IMG/VR virus record: IMGVR_UViG_3300042258_000071
Coordinates: 128,001 to 192,000 of that record
Direction: 5' to 3' (one strand)
Length of the DNA stretch: 64,000 bases
Source: a virus
Lineage: Duplodnaviria > Caudoviricetes
A model generated the notes under the pieces. That model saw nothing but the letters and a program-made list of their open reading frames with translations. It was not told where the DNA came from and searched no databases. A program made the position numbers and the translations under genes. This document shows, piece after piece, positions 28,906-39,367 of this stretch. Numbering within the stretch: the stretch's first letter is position 1; each line of letters opens with the position of its first letter.

Positions 28906-29286
28906 ATGTCAAGGATAACTGCCGAATATATGATCATAGAGGTTAGGGCGGAAACCATAAATCCGGGCTCAATCATGCGATTACAGACTTTAATTTCGAC
29001 ACTCTATCGAGAGTCAGCCCAAGAAAATCGAGGACCTGTTGATCTGATTGACATGGCCTATTTTCCATGTACTTGCAACAATGTGGGTACAATATTTATA
29101 AATTCTACCGGTAGTTTTGCCGACTACCATGCCTCAAATTGCCACTCCGTGGCATTGCGCCATATCCGAGAAAATATCGCTTCATTGAGGACTCATGATT
29201 CCCAGGATATATCGTTATCGACAATGATTATCCGACGCCAAGAAGAAAATGGTGGATCCGATTCAGTATCAGTCTTAATCGACTAA
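28906..29286 (+). CDS. hypothetical protein
   Basis: 126 aa, AGGAG RBS. Confidence 0.5.
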   Translation: MSRITAEYMIIEVRAETINPGSIMRLQTLISTLYRESAQENRGPVDLIDMAYFPCTCNNVGTIFINSTGSFADYHASNCHSVALRHIRENIASLRTHDSQDISLSTMIIRRQEENGGSDSVSVLID

Positions 29287-29639
29287 TTTTTATCGGGCGT
29301 CATCGATCTGATGAGGTTCTACCTATTCCACATGATACCGTCTGGATATGCTTTAATACGTCTCCAGACGGTATCTTACTCTCAAAGAATTTCTCACGTA
29401 TAGTTATCACCTTAAAGATCTTAGCATCACAAAGTGATACCTTAACCGTTCACTATTAGCATATTGTTGACGCTCATTTAGCAGGCGATACTCGACATGA
29501 AACTGAGGAGGCTCTTGATGGATGACACCCTTCACCAATACCTTCTTTACTTTCTAGGGTGTTGCGTTATTTCTTTTTTTGTAAAGACCATGAAATTTGT
29601 ATGTATATATCACTAGTTTGATATTTATATACAGGAGTA

Positions 29640-30173
29640 ATGACAATGACTGATGAAATAACAGACTTTCAATCGGAAACTATTAATTCTTCTACTTACC
29701 TTATTATTGGGTGTGAGTGGGACGGGACCCCGTATATTAAAAAATCTCTTCTTGCATGTTCTCAGGATCTTAAAGATTTATTATTTCATAATAAACTTCT
29801 TTCATCCATCATCAATAATGGCCATCATTGGTATGAAATGTTTGACGTTCTAAATGATCTGGAAATCTCTATATGGGCCATCAGTGGGAATGATCATATC
29901 GTAGATCATAGTCCAATTATCTCGGATTTGTTAATTGAGAAGAGTCGGAATGTTCAACACTTCTGCTATAATCTCAGAGATCTAGTGTACAACTCGTCTC
30001 CATACAGATGCAATGTCATTTATTCAAAAGACGCCCTATGGGACTCTGATAAGAACCTATTAACATTAAAGCTGAAGCTCGAAGGTAAAAATTGTGAATC
30101 TGTTATCATGGAAGGTATCGGAACCCTGGCAGACACACATGGCATAACTGTTGTATATGAAATCATTGACTAG
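29640..30173 (+). CDS. hypothetical protein
   Basis: AGGAG RBS; TATATCAC promoter variant at 29606. Confidence 0.55.
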   Translation: MTMTDEITDFQSETINSSTYLIIGCEWDGTPYIKKSLLACSQDLKDLLFHNKLLSSIINNGHHWYEMFDVLNDLEISIWAISGNDHIVDHSPIISDLLIEKSRNVQHFCYNLRDLVYNSSPYRCNVIYSKDALWDSDKNLLTLKLKLEGKNCESVIMEGIGTLADTHGITVVYEIID

Positions 30174-30188
30174 AAAGGTAAATTACTT

Positions 30189-30866
30189 ATGACGACAATT
30201 GTGTGGGATGGTCGGTATCTTGTTGCTGATCGACAAGGAACTGCAAGAATCATCAACTGTGATGAACCAACATTTTGTAAAAAATGTGATGCACCACAAA
30301 ACGAGAGGTATGTTCTTACAACAAAAATTGCCTTCTTAGCGGATAAAGGATATACAGTTAAAAATCAAAACATTTTAGCGATCGGATGGTCGGGTCGAGC
30401 AGATCTCTATGAACATATTCAACCCCTACTTAAGACGGGTCGAGATTTTTGGGAAGAACTTCAATATTGTCACGAGCTTGAAGTCCCCTTCACACAGAAA
30501 GCTTCTGGGAAACTTCTACTTGTCTTAGAAACAGATTGTCTCATCTTCGAGTTCAGAGGGGGTGGTTCAGGGGTCGCATGTAACACCTGTTACAAAGATG
30601 TAACATTAAGTATCGGATCCGGATCTGGTATTGTTTATGGGTATGATGCATTAGCTAAAATGTCTGCAATCGATCTCGTTAGCATTGCATCTCATGGAGA
30701 TGATCGAACGGGTAAAGGTTTAAGTGTCATTGATTTTGAATCTGATCCCACTAAGATTGTTGAGATGGACATCTTGTCCAAGGAAGAAATCCAAAATAAA
30801 TGGTTTAAGAAGTCTGCAAAACCCACCCATCTTCCTAAAGAAAAACCCAGTACATCTTCGATTTAA
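30189..30866 (+). CDS. HslV/proteasome-beta-like Ntn peptidase
   Basis: N-terminal MTTIV…LVADRQ (Thr nucleophile), SIGSGS, D..TG. Confidence 0.7.
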   Translation: MTTIVWDGRYLVADRQGTARIINCDEPTFCKKCDAPQNERYVLTTKIAFLADKGYTVKNQNILAIGWSGRADLYEHIQPLLKTGRDFWEELQYCHELEVPFTQKASGKLLLVLETDCLIFEFRGGGSGVACNTCYKDVTLSIGSGSGIVYGYDALAKMSAIDLVSIASHGDDRTGKGLSVIDFESDPTKIVEMDILSKEEIQNKWFKKSAKPTHLPKEKPSTSSI

Positions 30867-31183
30867 CAGATACTATTTTTACTAAAGAAGCATTACTGGC
30901 ACTCGTTTCTGAAGGTGAATTATCGGAAGCAGTTTCTAAGATAGAAGAGATGGCTAAGAACCCTGAAACTACTGTCACTGTAACTCAATCTTTTGCATTT
31001 GTCTGCTGGGAGAGAATGGGCCGACGCATGTAACGCCAATGCTCTTAAGAATTGGGTTGATGATCTAATGTTTTATTACCCTCAGTATTGAAATAGGAAG
31101 AGTGGGTATATACCCCACTCTTCCTTATTTTAAATTAAATGGATTTTTGATAGTGTGATATTGACATCTTAGGAGACGGTCTC

Positions 31184-31441
31184 ATGGAAATATCTATTTA
31201 TAGCTGGATTCTCATTCTTTTAATTTTAGGGTTATTTTTAGTTTTGTTTGTACCTTTTAATAGCATGTCTCTACTTCATGTGGGTTTTGGGGTTGGTATA
31301 ACTCCTGGTATCATAATCGGAATACTGTGGTCTTTGTGTAAAGTAGTATTCATTATGCGTGTGTCTTTTGCATGTTTCAAATATGTTTTCCTGAAATTTT
31401 TGAAACTTACATTTCCAATTAGATATTCGAGGGTACTATGA
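31184..31441 (+). CDS. small membrane protein
   Basis: Two long hydrophobic segments; AGGAG RBS. Confidence 0.55.
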   Translation: MEISIYSWILILLILGLFLVLFVPFNSMSLLHVGFGVGITPGIIIGILWSLCKVVFIMRVSFACFKYVFLKFLKLTFPIRYSRVL

Positions 31442-31818
31442 TAGAACTTGCTAAAGGCGAAAAGATTGTAACGATTTCAGATATACCCGGTAATACACGT
31501 ATATGTGAACATGATAGTTGTGGGTGTTTTAAATTTCGATACGATGGACTTGCTTATACTTGTGTGAAATGTCGTAGGGTGAGACATCTGTCTCCAAATG
31601 AACACATAAGCCCCTACCCAAGACCGGGAATGGAATACTGGGATCAGCTCTGTGATCTTCCCTCTTATTCATTCTTTAACATTAATAATTGCTGTAAACG
31701 AATCCCTGACGATACGGGAAGGTATCTTGAGAAGAGTGATGTTGAAAAACTCCTTGATGATGCCCAAAGCGAGATCAACCATCTTAAGAAGGAATTAGTA
31801 AATCTTAAACACCCCTAA
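31438..31818 (+). CDS. hypothetical Cys-rich (possible Zn-binding) protein
   Basis: CEHDSC…CVKC; overlaps upstream stop. Confidence 0.5.
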   Translation: MIELAKGEKIVTISDIPGNTRICEHDSCGCFKFRYDGLAYTCVKCRRVRHLSPNEHISPYPRPGMEYWDQLCDLPSYSFFNINNCCKRIPDDTGRYLEKSDVEKLLDDAQSEINHLKKELVNLKHP

Positions 31819-31831
31819 TCTTTATGAGTAG

Positions 31832-32146
31832 TTGAAATACTGCTTGAATTTTGAAGCCTATAACCCAAGGAGCCTCACTATGTCATCCGTAGAAAATGGA
31901 TATAATCTTAAAACTAATCCGGCTGGTTTTGTTAACTATCGTGATCTTAAAGTTGGAGATCGTGTTGAATTAGATGATGGGATGCAGATCATCCCCGGCG
32001 GGGTGTATGTTCTCAAAGAAGGGCCGGTGCCTGAAGAACTCGTTGTTGCTCACCCTGATAAAAATTTCAATTTCCACATAAGTCAACAGGTTGACGATCC
32101 GGCGGATGATGTGTGCATTGGGGTTTGGAAATTTCCTCGTTCTTAA
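31832..32146 (+). CDS. hypothetical protein
   Basis: Probable start at the MSSVE ATG after AAGGAG; shares a domain with the C-terminus of 34517..35209. Confidence 0.5.
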   Translation: MKYCLNFEAYNPRSLTMSSVENGYNLKTNPAGFVNYRDLKVGDRVELDDGMQIIPGGVYVLKEGPVPEELVVAHPDKNFNFHISQQVDDPADDVCIGVWKFPRS

Positions 32147-32333
32147 CAAAATCTTGAATACACTATAGAACCTTCTGATAGAGAGAGGGGGACCCCTCTC
32201 TCTATTCACCCCTAAAACTTTCTAATAGAGAAGTGAACCTTAGAATGTCCGATAAAACAGTACTTGATGAATTTAAACGTGTATATTTTCATCGGAGTCT
32301 ATATAGACCTTAGCATTAAAAAGTAGGTGAATA

Positions 32334-32876
32334 ATGGATAAAGTTACAGTCTGGACTGGTCTCCTATTTAACAACAAGGAGATCACCCATGAAGGATATA
32401 AACGAATTCCGATCCAACTCTCTAAATATGGCTTTGTTAATAATATTATCAAGCTTGAATCTCAACCTGAGACCACTGTACATTTTGTAAATCGACTTAA
32501 TGACACATGGGTAGTTGATAGACTTGGAATATATGGTTCTCAAGATAATCATGAACTTATTACTAATCTTAAATTATTCCTGCATGACAAGCCAGGCCTT
32601 ATTCAACCTGGAGATACAATTACGGTACGCATAATACTGTCACCTCCTCCACTCATCGGAGGCTATATATCTGAGGGTGTCCCAAATAGGAACCTAATTC
32701 TTAAAGAAATTCAGGATGTCCCAAATAAGAATTCTCACCTTTACACTGAAAATTTTCCCTCAAACCTCATAAATATCATGGAGTTGGATGACTCTAACCT
32801 TAGATTTAAAACAACTGCCGAGGTGAAGTCTGATAATATATTCAAGGAACTCCTTGGAGTTCATGGACACTCCTAA
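32334..32876 (+). CDS. hypothetical protein with tail-fibre-like N-terminal domain
   Basis: GYKRIPI…TWVVDRLGIY…IQPGDTITV resembles phage tail-associated domains. Confidence 0.45.
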   Translation: MDKVTVWTGLLFNNKEITHEGYKRIPIQLSKYGFVNNIIKLESQPETTVHFVNRLNDTWVVDRLGIYGSQDNHELITNLKLFLHDKPGLIQPGDTITVRIILSPPPLIGGYISEGVPNRNLILKEIQDVPNKNSHLYTENFPSNLINIMELDDSNLRFKTTAEVKSDNIFKELLGVHGHS

Positions 32877-32950
32877 TTAAGTGGAAATGTGAGAAGGGAC
32901 TCTGGTCCCTTCTCTTTCTTTTTTTTATATTCTAATCTAAAATTAAGATA

Positions 32951-32958
32951 TATATTAC
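32951..32958 (+). promoter_or_regulatory. early promoter motif TATATTAC
   Basis: Exact motif plus N5-TGA. Confidence 0.7.
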
Positions 32959-32991
32959 TATGGTGAATGTTCATGTGAAAGGATTCTGAAC

Positions 32992-34017
32992 GTGATTAAC
33001 ATTAGTGATCAAAGGCTCTCCGTTTCTCTAGATCAACATATTTCAAATATTTGCGATGCAATCTCAGAATACCTTCCAGCTTCTACTTCTGTTGACATTT
33101 TTGAAAACAGAAATCCTTCAAGTGACGCGGTTAGCAGCGCTATCCTAAGTATTACTGTTCGGGGTAGTGACCCATTTGGAATTAGGACAGATATCAGAAG
33201 ATCACCTGACGATATCACACGTGTTTCAACTCCGATGCACTTAGATGGCATCAGGTATGCAAATGATTATCGATCTAAGAATGATAAATTTTACACAAGA
33301 ACCATCGCTACAGCTATTCGTGACATTGTAAGTGACATTGCAGTATATCCATGGTTTAAACTGAAAGATATTCATCCAGATCTCATTAACTATTGTTATA
33401 CCAAAGTTATGACCGAAAATGATGTTGCGCATCGATGGAAGCACCTTCTCGATGTCATGGCATTTGGGTGTGAAATAGCTGAAGGTCTTTCACTTGAAAA
33501 AGAACCATTTATCTATGCAGCTCTCATTCATGATCTCTTCAGTGAGTCAGATCGTGAGAATCATCATGAAAAAGGAGCTGAATGGGCAGCGCGATATTTA
33601 GACAGATTTCTACCTGATGAACTTGATAGTTCGTTTGATAGGGAATCGTTCATATACCTTGTATCTGGAATGTGTCGAACGCATCGTGCCTCCTATACAG
33701 GTGTGTATGAGAATGTGTACGAGGAAGCATTTTCATGCGCAGATCGTGGGAAATTAGATGTTGACGGTATCTATGAGACTATTTTACGTGGATATAATTT
33801 CTACCGACACAATAATCCAATTTTACATGAAAGTGAAATTGTTGAAAAACTTACTCACCATTTTCATGAAAAATATGGAACCAAGGGATATGCAAAATAT
33901 CCAGATCCTTATCATCAGTTATTTCCAGAAGAGCTTAAAGCCTTCAGGGAATTCGCAGACAATGTTGACCCTTCAGTATTGGAAGACATCCTGGTGCATA
34001 AAAAAGTTAACATCTGA
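32992..34017 (+). CDS. HD-domain phosphohydrolase
   Basis: AHRWKH, ALIHDLF, HHEKGA, CADR metal-binding motifs. Confidence 0.8.
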   Translation: MINISDQRLSVSLDQHISNICDAISEYLPASTSVDIFENRNPSSDAVSSAILSITVRGSDPFGIRTDIRRSPDDITRVSTPMHLDGIRYANDYRSKNDKFYTRTIATAIRDIVSDIAVYPWFKLKDIHPDLINYCYTKVMTENDVAHRWKHLLDVMAFGCEIAEGLSLEKEPFIYAALIHDLFSESDRENHHEKGAEWAARYLDRFLPDELDSSFDRESFIYLVSGMCRTHRASYTGVYENVYEEAFSCADRGKLDVDGIYETILRGYNFYRHNNPILHESEIVEKLTHHFHEKYGTKGYAKYPDPYHQLFPEELKAFREFADNVDPSVLEDILVHKKVNI

Positions 34018-34134
34018 TCCTCTAACCTTAGCATGTAAGAGGTTATGAGAATTATCTCTATTAACTCCGGGATAGAGGACATGCACTTAAAACCAGAAAC
34101 CAAAGAAGATGTTGTTCGTGTAATTTAATTATGA

Positions 34135-34482
34135 ATGGAGAATATTCAAATGCCTGCTAATTATGTTCTTACATTTCCTCTAAATGAAATCCTTAGTCAA
34201 GTGTTTCCCGAAAAGATCCTTGGTGATGGGGAGTTTAAGTATGAGATCAAAGGGTACCCTCCTAAATACATCCTAATCCGAGGGTCTCATAAAGGAATCA
34301 CCACAGTTGGTCGGTTTACGATAGATGAGAATGGAGGATTACATCCTCTTGAAAAAACACGCCATATAACTCAAGAAATGAGACATACCGTTATACGTCT
34401 CGTTGAATCTGGTGCGTCCAAACAAGATATTCGTGACCTATTCAGTGTCACGTACCCTGAAATCTGTCGAATGCTGAAATAA
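34135..34482 (+). CDS. hypothetical protein, C-terminal HTH-like
   Basis: …GASKQDIRDLFSVTYPEICRML. Confidence 0.5.
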   Translation: MENIQMPANYVLTFPLNEILSQVFPEKILGDGEFKYEIKGYPPKYILIRGSHKGITTVGRFTIDENGGLHPLEKTRHITQEMRHTVIRLVESGASKQDIRDLFSVTYPEICRMLK

Positions 34483-34516
34483 TACAAACCAGAATAGAAG
34501 TGGAGAGAATACCATC

Positions 34517-35209
34517 ATGTCAGACTTTAAACTAACACCTGTTTATGAAGCATGTATCGCGTTTGCTGGTCACCCAAATGTGGCCAATAAACTTTATTCA
34601 GAAGAAATTCTACATACCGCAATTAACAGTTTTAGAGATGAAAATACATCTACCCTAATCCCCCTCTATGATCATCGCAATGATAATAACGAACCAATTG
34701 GTCATATCAAGATTCTAAAACTACGTTTAAATGGTTATGGTGCGGTATTACTCCATTTCAGAGCTGGAGATGAAAACACATCACAGTTACTTGAGAAAGC
34801 TGATGGTGAAGAATATATCACCTACACCTCTCAACATATGGCAATACCAAAATCTCAAGATGTCGATGTTGTAACGCATCTAAGTATAGGTAGTCTAGGA
34901 CTTTCATCTCAACCTGAGTGGGATAACATTCTACCTCTATATACCCATAATCGTTTAGATACTGAATACTACGATTTCGAGACCAATCCTTATCGTTATG
35001 CAAAATATTCTGAATTAAAAATTGGCGACCTGGTTGTCCTTGATAATCAAATGTATACTAGTATCTCTGGCCCATGGATTATCGTAGAACATCTTTCCAA
35101 GTCTTTGGTTATGGAAGTTGCCGGATATCAGAATTCTTCTACAGAAGATATCTATGCACCTACAAAGGCGTCTGAATACGGTATCTGTGAAGGTATTTGG
35201 AAACTCTGA
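34517..35209 (+). CDS. hypothetical protein (N-terminus weakly prohead-protease-like)
   Basis: GGAG RBS; HPNVANKLYSEEILHTAI. Confidence 0.5.
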   Translation: MSDFKLTPVYEACIAFAGHPNVANKLYSEEILHTAINSFRDENTSTLIPLYDHRNDNNEPIGHIKILKLRLNGYGAVLLHFRAGDENTSQLLEKADGEEYITYTSQHMAIPKSQDVDVVTHLSIGSLGLSSQPEWDNILPLYTHNRLDTEYYDFETNPYRYAKYSELKIGDLVVLDNQMYTSISGPWIIVEHLSKSLVMEVAGYQNSSTEDIYAPTKASEYGICEGIWKL

Positions 35210-35283
35210 ACATAAAAGGAACAACTGATGGTTGACCAACCCATTCTAAAGATCGAGATTAGTTCTAATCGAGGTAATAATGT

Positions 35284-35886
35284 ATGAAAATTTTATTCCT
35301 AGATTTTGATGGACCTATCATTCCTGGTAGGTCCTTCTTTCACTCTTCTGCTCCCTCTATTATGGCCATGGATAAATATACTGTTGGATTATTAACCAAG
35401 CTATGTATCCTAACTGCTACTAAAATTGTTGTAAGTTCTCAGAAACGTATCAGTCCACCTAGATTCATGAAGTTTTGTAATGATCATGATTTTCCTGTAG
35501 CACTTCTCCATGATGACTGGCGTGTACCCATCTTACCTTCCGGGAATCGTTCAGAGGAAATACATCAATGGTTAAACTGTCATCCTGAAGTTACAACATA
35601 TGTAGCTTTGGATGACGAAGTTCTTGACAATGACATTATAAACGTAAGAGTCCACTTTACGTGGGGACTTACAATTGAAAACTTATGCTGTCTCTACTAT
35701 GCTCTTGGTGATGTTGAAACTTCAGATGCTATTCAAAACATATGTCTGGACAAAGTTAAACACTTAGAAAAATACCCTGACCCTTTATATGGAAATTTTG
35801 TGACCGCAGGGTATGAACATATTCAGACATGGAAGAAAATGTATCAGGATCAAATGGAGAGACTTAAATGTTTAAAAAGCTCTTAA
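35284..35886 (+). CDS. HAD-family phosphatase (Swiss-army-knife RNA repair-like HAD)
   Basis: LFLDFDGPI, IVVSS, RSEEIHQWL, YVALDD. Confidence 0.75.
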   Translation: MKILFLDFDGPIIPGRSFFHSSAPSIMAMDKYTVGLLTKLCILTATKIVVSSQKRISPPRFMKFCNDHDFPVALLHDDWRVPILPSGNRSEEIHQWLNCHPEVTTYVALDDEVLDNDIINVRVHFTWGLTIENLCCLYYALGDVETSDAIQNICLDKVKHLEKYPDPLYGNFVTAGYEHIQTWKKMYQDQMERLKCLKSS

Positions 35887-36413
35887 GATCCATATTCCTT
35901 AGTGAACAAAAGGATAAGACTGCCCCTTTAGAACCCCCAGATCGACAGTGAAGTGATTTCCATGAAGAGACCATACAACCTAAAAATACAGAAGTTGAAA
36001 TATCCAGGAATTCGATTCCTGTTGATATGAATAAACTTAAAGAAGAATATCTGAAAAATGCACCCATCTTGACACTTAAACAGTTTCGATCTTCTTTTGA
36101 GAAAACATCATTTGAAGATATGAGGATTTCGGATATCAACTTTGAAGTTAAGTCTAGCAAGTGTGACAGTATTCCAGTAGATCTATTCTTAACAGATGAC
36201 CTCACATCTAAAGACCTCAAGACTATCACAAAGACATTTAAAGACACCCCCTCCCTACCTATCACATACTCTGTTACATTCTCTTTAGATAACAAAGTGA
36301 CTCGACGTCAATTTATTGAGAAATGCCATGAGATACAATCTAATGTACGTAATAGTTTACCAACCCCTGAAAATATGTTCCCTTATATTGGAGAACTTTC
36401 AGATTTAAGGTAA
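35868..36413 (+). pseudogene. hypothetical gene with an internal in-frame TGA (35949-35951)
   Basis: ATG at 35868 after GGAGA is in frame with ORF 36027..36413, separated by a single stop. Confidence 0.45.
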
Positions 36414-36449
36414 TCCTCTCTTATCTGTCACTGTAACGTACGATTCGGA

Positions 36450-37055
36450 ATGAGTGTTTATCCAATCGTTCGAACTGCTGATTCTAATAATCGTAATTTT
36501 AAATATACTCTAAATTTCTGTGTGAATTATCACTATTGTACTCTGGCAAAGCTCACATATCTGATATGTGTAGATAATTCTCAATCACTGTCTAACCTGA
36601 GAGACTTGTATCGTTTGGAATTGGATTTGGATACCCTTGAAGAAATGACCCTTAATGAGGAACTCTCATATCTATTACCTGAACAATACCCATTACCCTT
36701 GTCAGATACTTTATATCTTGGATATGAAACTCAGTCATTAAAGAATCTTATTACGCAGCGTGGGTACGTTCTAAAATTAGAATCTAAAGACACACACCTT
36801 CCAATTAAAGGCGAGCCTGTACCAATATATACATATAGTTTCATCATACCGCATTGTGAGACCGCACTAGAACCTTCTCCCCTGAAACGTACCATCTTAG
36901 AAGCAATATCTCTCATAGAGAAGTATCGCAAAGACGATCCCATCTGGTTCTCCAACAATGGTGAGGATACTTGGACCTTTTGGTTGTCAGTTATTTCTAG
37001 AACTTCAATCATTAGGTTTACGGATAAGATCTATTATAGTACTTCTGAAAATTAA
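36450..37055 (+). CDS. hypothetical protein
   Basis: 201-aa ORF followed by terminator 37076-37118. Confidence 0.5.
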   Translation: MSVYPIVRTADSNNRNFKYTLNFCVNYHYCTLAKLTYLICVDNSQSLSNLRDLYRLELDLDTLEEMTLNEELSYLLPEQYPLPLSDTLYLGYETQSLKNLITQRGYVLKLESKDTHLPIKGEPVPIYTYSFIIPHCETALEPSPLKRTILEAISLIEKYRKDDPIWFSNNGEDTWTFWLSVISRTSIIRFTDKIYYSTSEN

Positions 37056-37299
37056 ATGTGTCTAGAAGAATACCTATAAGAGGAGTTGGGTGTTGTACCC
37101 CACTCCTCTTATTTTTTTAAGGTTAGACACTCTTAAGTACGGCAATACGTTCTTCAAAATCATCGATGATGCCCGATTAAACACTATATAGAGAGGGCCT
37201 ACATTGTAGGCCCTCTATCCCTATTTCCATGTGTTATTTTCAGAATGATTGGTTAGCGTCAAAAGTGTTCATTTGGCGTTGATCAAGTATTTTTACACA

Positions 37300-37307
37300 T
37301 ATATTAC
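37300..37307 (+). promoter_or_regulatory. early promoter motif TATATTAC
   Basis: Exact motif plus N5-TGA. Confidence 0.7.
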
Positions 37308-37365
37308 AATCATGATAAACATGCGAAACGGTTTCGCAGTCACTCTCATTTTAAAGGAAGTTATC

Positions 37366-37575
37366 ATGTCATATTTTAAAACAATCGCAATCATCGCACT
37401 CCTCGCTATAACAGCAGCGTGCTCAACAAATCCACATGGATTTAAAAGCAACCTGAGGTTGTCAGCGCTTGGGAATATCCTGAGCATCTCGGATAAGGAC
37501 TATCCGACATTGTCCATGGACGACTACACCGTCGAAACCACGGACGATGGGAAGATCTTCATCGCCGGCAATTGA
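37366..37575 (+). CDS. small early lipoprotein (69 aa)
   Basis: MSYFKTIAIIALLAITAAC lipobox; AAGGA RBS. Confidence 0.65.
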   Translation: MSYFKTIAIIALLAITAACSTNPHGFKSNLRLSALGNILSISDKDYPTLSMDDYTVETTDDGKIFIAGN

Positions 37576-37736
37576 CCATGACTAACATAAACAATCCCTA
37601 GATGGGGCGATGTAATCGCCCCATCTAATCTATTTTTATGAAGTTTATGATCATCTTCAATTTGAATATTTCTTAAAGTGAATGTGCGTATATCTTCTCT
37701 CTCCATTCAAATAAACAATATAGTAGGAAGTGTACT

Positions 37737-38468
37737 ATGAAAAAGCGAAATAAAATGTTCTCACGGGAGAACATGTTTGGTCTCTCTATAGAGAGATATA
37801 ATAAACCAGATACCTGCTGGATCACGGCAAGTATTCATGGTAAAAGCGTTTTGTCACACGTGCGACGTCCGACGACGACCATCACCTTCGATGAGTATAT
37901 TAAGAACCAACACGATTGGGGATTCTTAAGACTCTATGAGATTATGGTTGCATCCGGAATTGTGAAGGAAGAAGCATTTTCACTATCGTTATATATGGTG
38001 ATGTATGCATGGCATTTTCTATTGGATAACAATCTTCAAAATGAAGACAAGAAATTATTCAATTTCTTGTCACGGATCAAGAAGGACGATATTCGTATCG
38101 TATGTTCATCGTCTCAGAGCCAAGATAAACATACGATCAAATCTCGATTTACAACCCGAGATTTTGACATCCCGAATATTACAGTCAATAAAAACTTCAA
38201 CGAGAAGTGTCTGGTTGAAGCAACTGATATGATGAAATATGGTTCTTCAGCCATTGTTCATCACAAATCACATTCTCAGAACGCATTCTTATGTTCGATG
38301 TACGAGACGATGTCGTACATCTTCAATAAAGGGACTCTGTCGACTATGGACAATGCAGCCCCACCTGAAATGCATGATGGTCTGTTTGATCGAATTTCCA
38401 ATCAGATCGTCTTTGCGGCGTGGGCTGTCGCATGGGGAAACTATCCTTTGTCGGATAAGGAATCATGA
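37737..38468 (+). CDS. hypothetical protein
   Basis: 243 aa, AGGA RBS. Confidence 0.55.
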   Translation: MKKRNKMFSRENMFGLSIERYNKPDTCWITASIHGKSVLSHVRRPTTTITFDEYIKNQHDWGFLRLYEIMVASGIVKEEAFSLSLYMVMYAWHFLLDNNLQNEDKKLFNFLSRIKKDDIRIVCSSSQSQDKHTIKSRFTTRDFDIPNITVNKNFNEKCLVEATDMMKYGSSAIVHHKSHSQNAFLCSMYETMSYIFNKGTLSTMDNAAPPEMHDGLFDRISNQIVFAAWAVAWGNYPLSDKES

Positions 38469-38731
38469 ACATGGAATGTCCAATTTGTAACAAAGATGCT
38501 CCTCCGAAAGTATTCACAATTGTCGATCATGAGACCGGTGTCCGTTTTCAAATGGACGTTGATTTGAGTCCCGGAACGCCGAGCATCCACATACACACCC
38601 TAGGTGATGGCGATCCTGGCGTCATGGATGTGGGCATGTCAAACGTATCGATGATGATCTATATGTTATCTCAGTTCCCACCCTATTCTAATTTGGAGTG
38701 GAAAATTAAATCAAAGAAAGATAGCGCATAA
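38465..38731 (+). CDS. hypothetical protein
   Basis: 88 aa with CPIC; followed by hairpin 38749-38778. Confidence 0.5.
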   Translation: MNMECPICNKDAPPKVFTIVDHETGVRFQMDVDLSPGTPSIHIHTLGDGDPGVMDVGMSNVSMMIYMLSQFPPYSNLEWKIKSKKDSA

Positions 38732-38839
38732 ACAAACAGCTTCATAATAAGGGGGTGGGGCACTTGCCCCACCCCCTTGTCTCTCTTTTATTTTTTGGTA
38801 AATTTGACTTATAATTTGAAGACTTTGGAGTGTCTAAAA

Positions 38840-39367
38840 ATGACTTCATGTAAGGTAAAATTAAAAGATCTTCAACTTATCGCAGGAGAGAGATTTAATC
38901 CTTCTCTTAGAGGCTATCACAAATTGGCAGCATCTTCAAATCGTAAGTCTCGTGGGTATCTTCAATTTGAATCTATTAGAAATCAACATCATTTTTGTAT
39001 TAAGCCAGGTGAGTTCCCCATTGCTGAAATATCATTAATACAGAGTGACTTTAAAAGAACTGAAACATTCTTTGTTGATATCACCACTGGTAAGGTGGAA
39101 GACTTTACGTCTCAGAGTGGAATCAGAATTCATACTGAGATTGAATCAGACTATGCTTGTCGTGTAAGTGTGACGCATCGTATGTTAACTCATTTTGTTC
39201 ACATATCCCCTTCTTATGGGAATGGTAGATATAATCAAAAAATTCACCATGGAATATATATTCGCATTCCTGAGATTTTTTACGACGAGATATTTGAATC
39301 CGAATATCGAAAAACCACAGCTCTGAGTCATATTGCGAAGGTAACACAGGGACAGTTTCTATTTTAA
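38840..39367 (+). CDS. hypothetical protein
   Basis: Probable start at 38840 after GGAG. Confidence 0.5.
   Translation: MTSCKVKLKDLQLIAGERFNPSLRGYHKLAASSNRKSRGYLQFESIRNQHHFCIKPGEFPIAEISLIQSDFKRTETFFVDITTGKVEDFTSQSGIRIHTEIESDYACRVSVTHRMLTHFVHISPSYGNGRYNQKIHHGIYIRIPEIFYDEIFESEYRKTTALSHIAKVTQGQFLF

Noticed and set aside
29308-29503. CTGATGAG…GAAAC hammerhead-like core
   Set aside because: The two halves are ~190 nt apart with no closing stem II and no convincing stems I/III
35949-35951. Alternative genetic code (TGA reassignment)
   Set aside because: TGA, TAG and TAA all end genes directly before terminators or next starts, and gene density is high in the standard code
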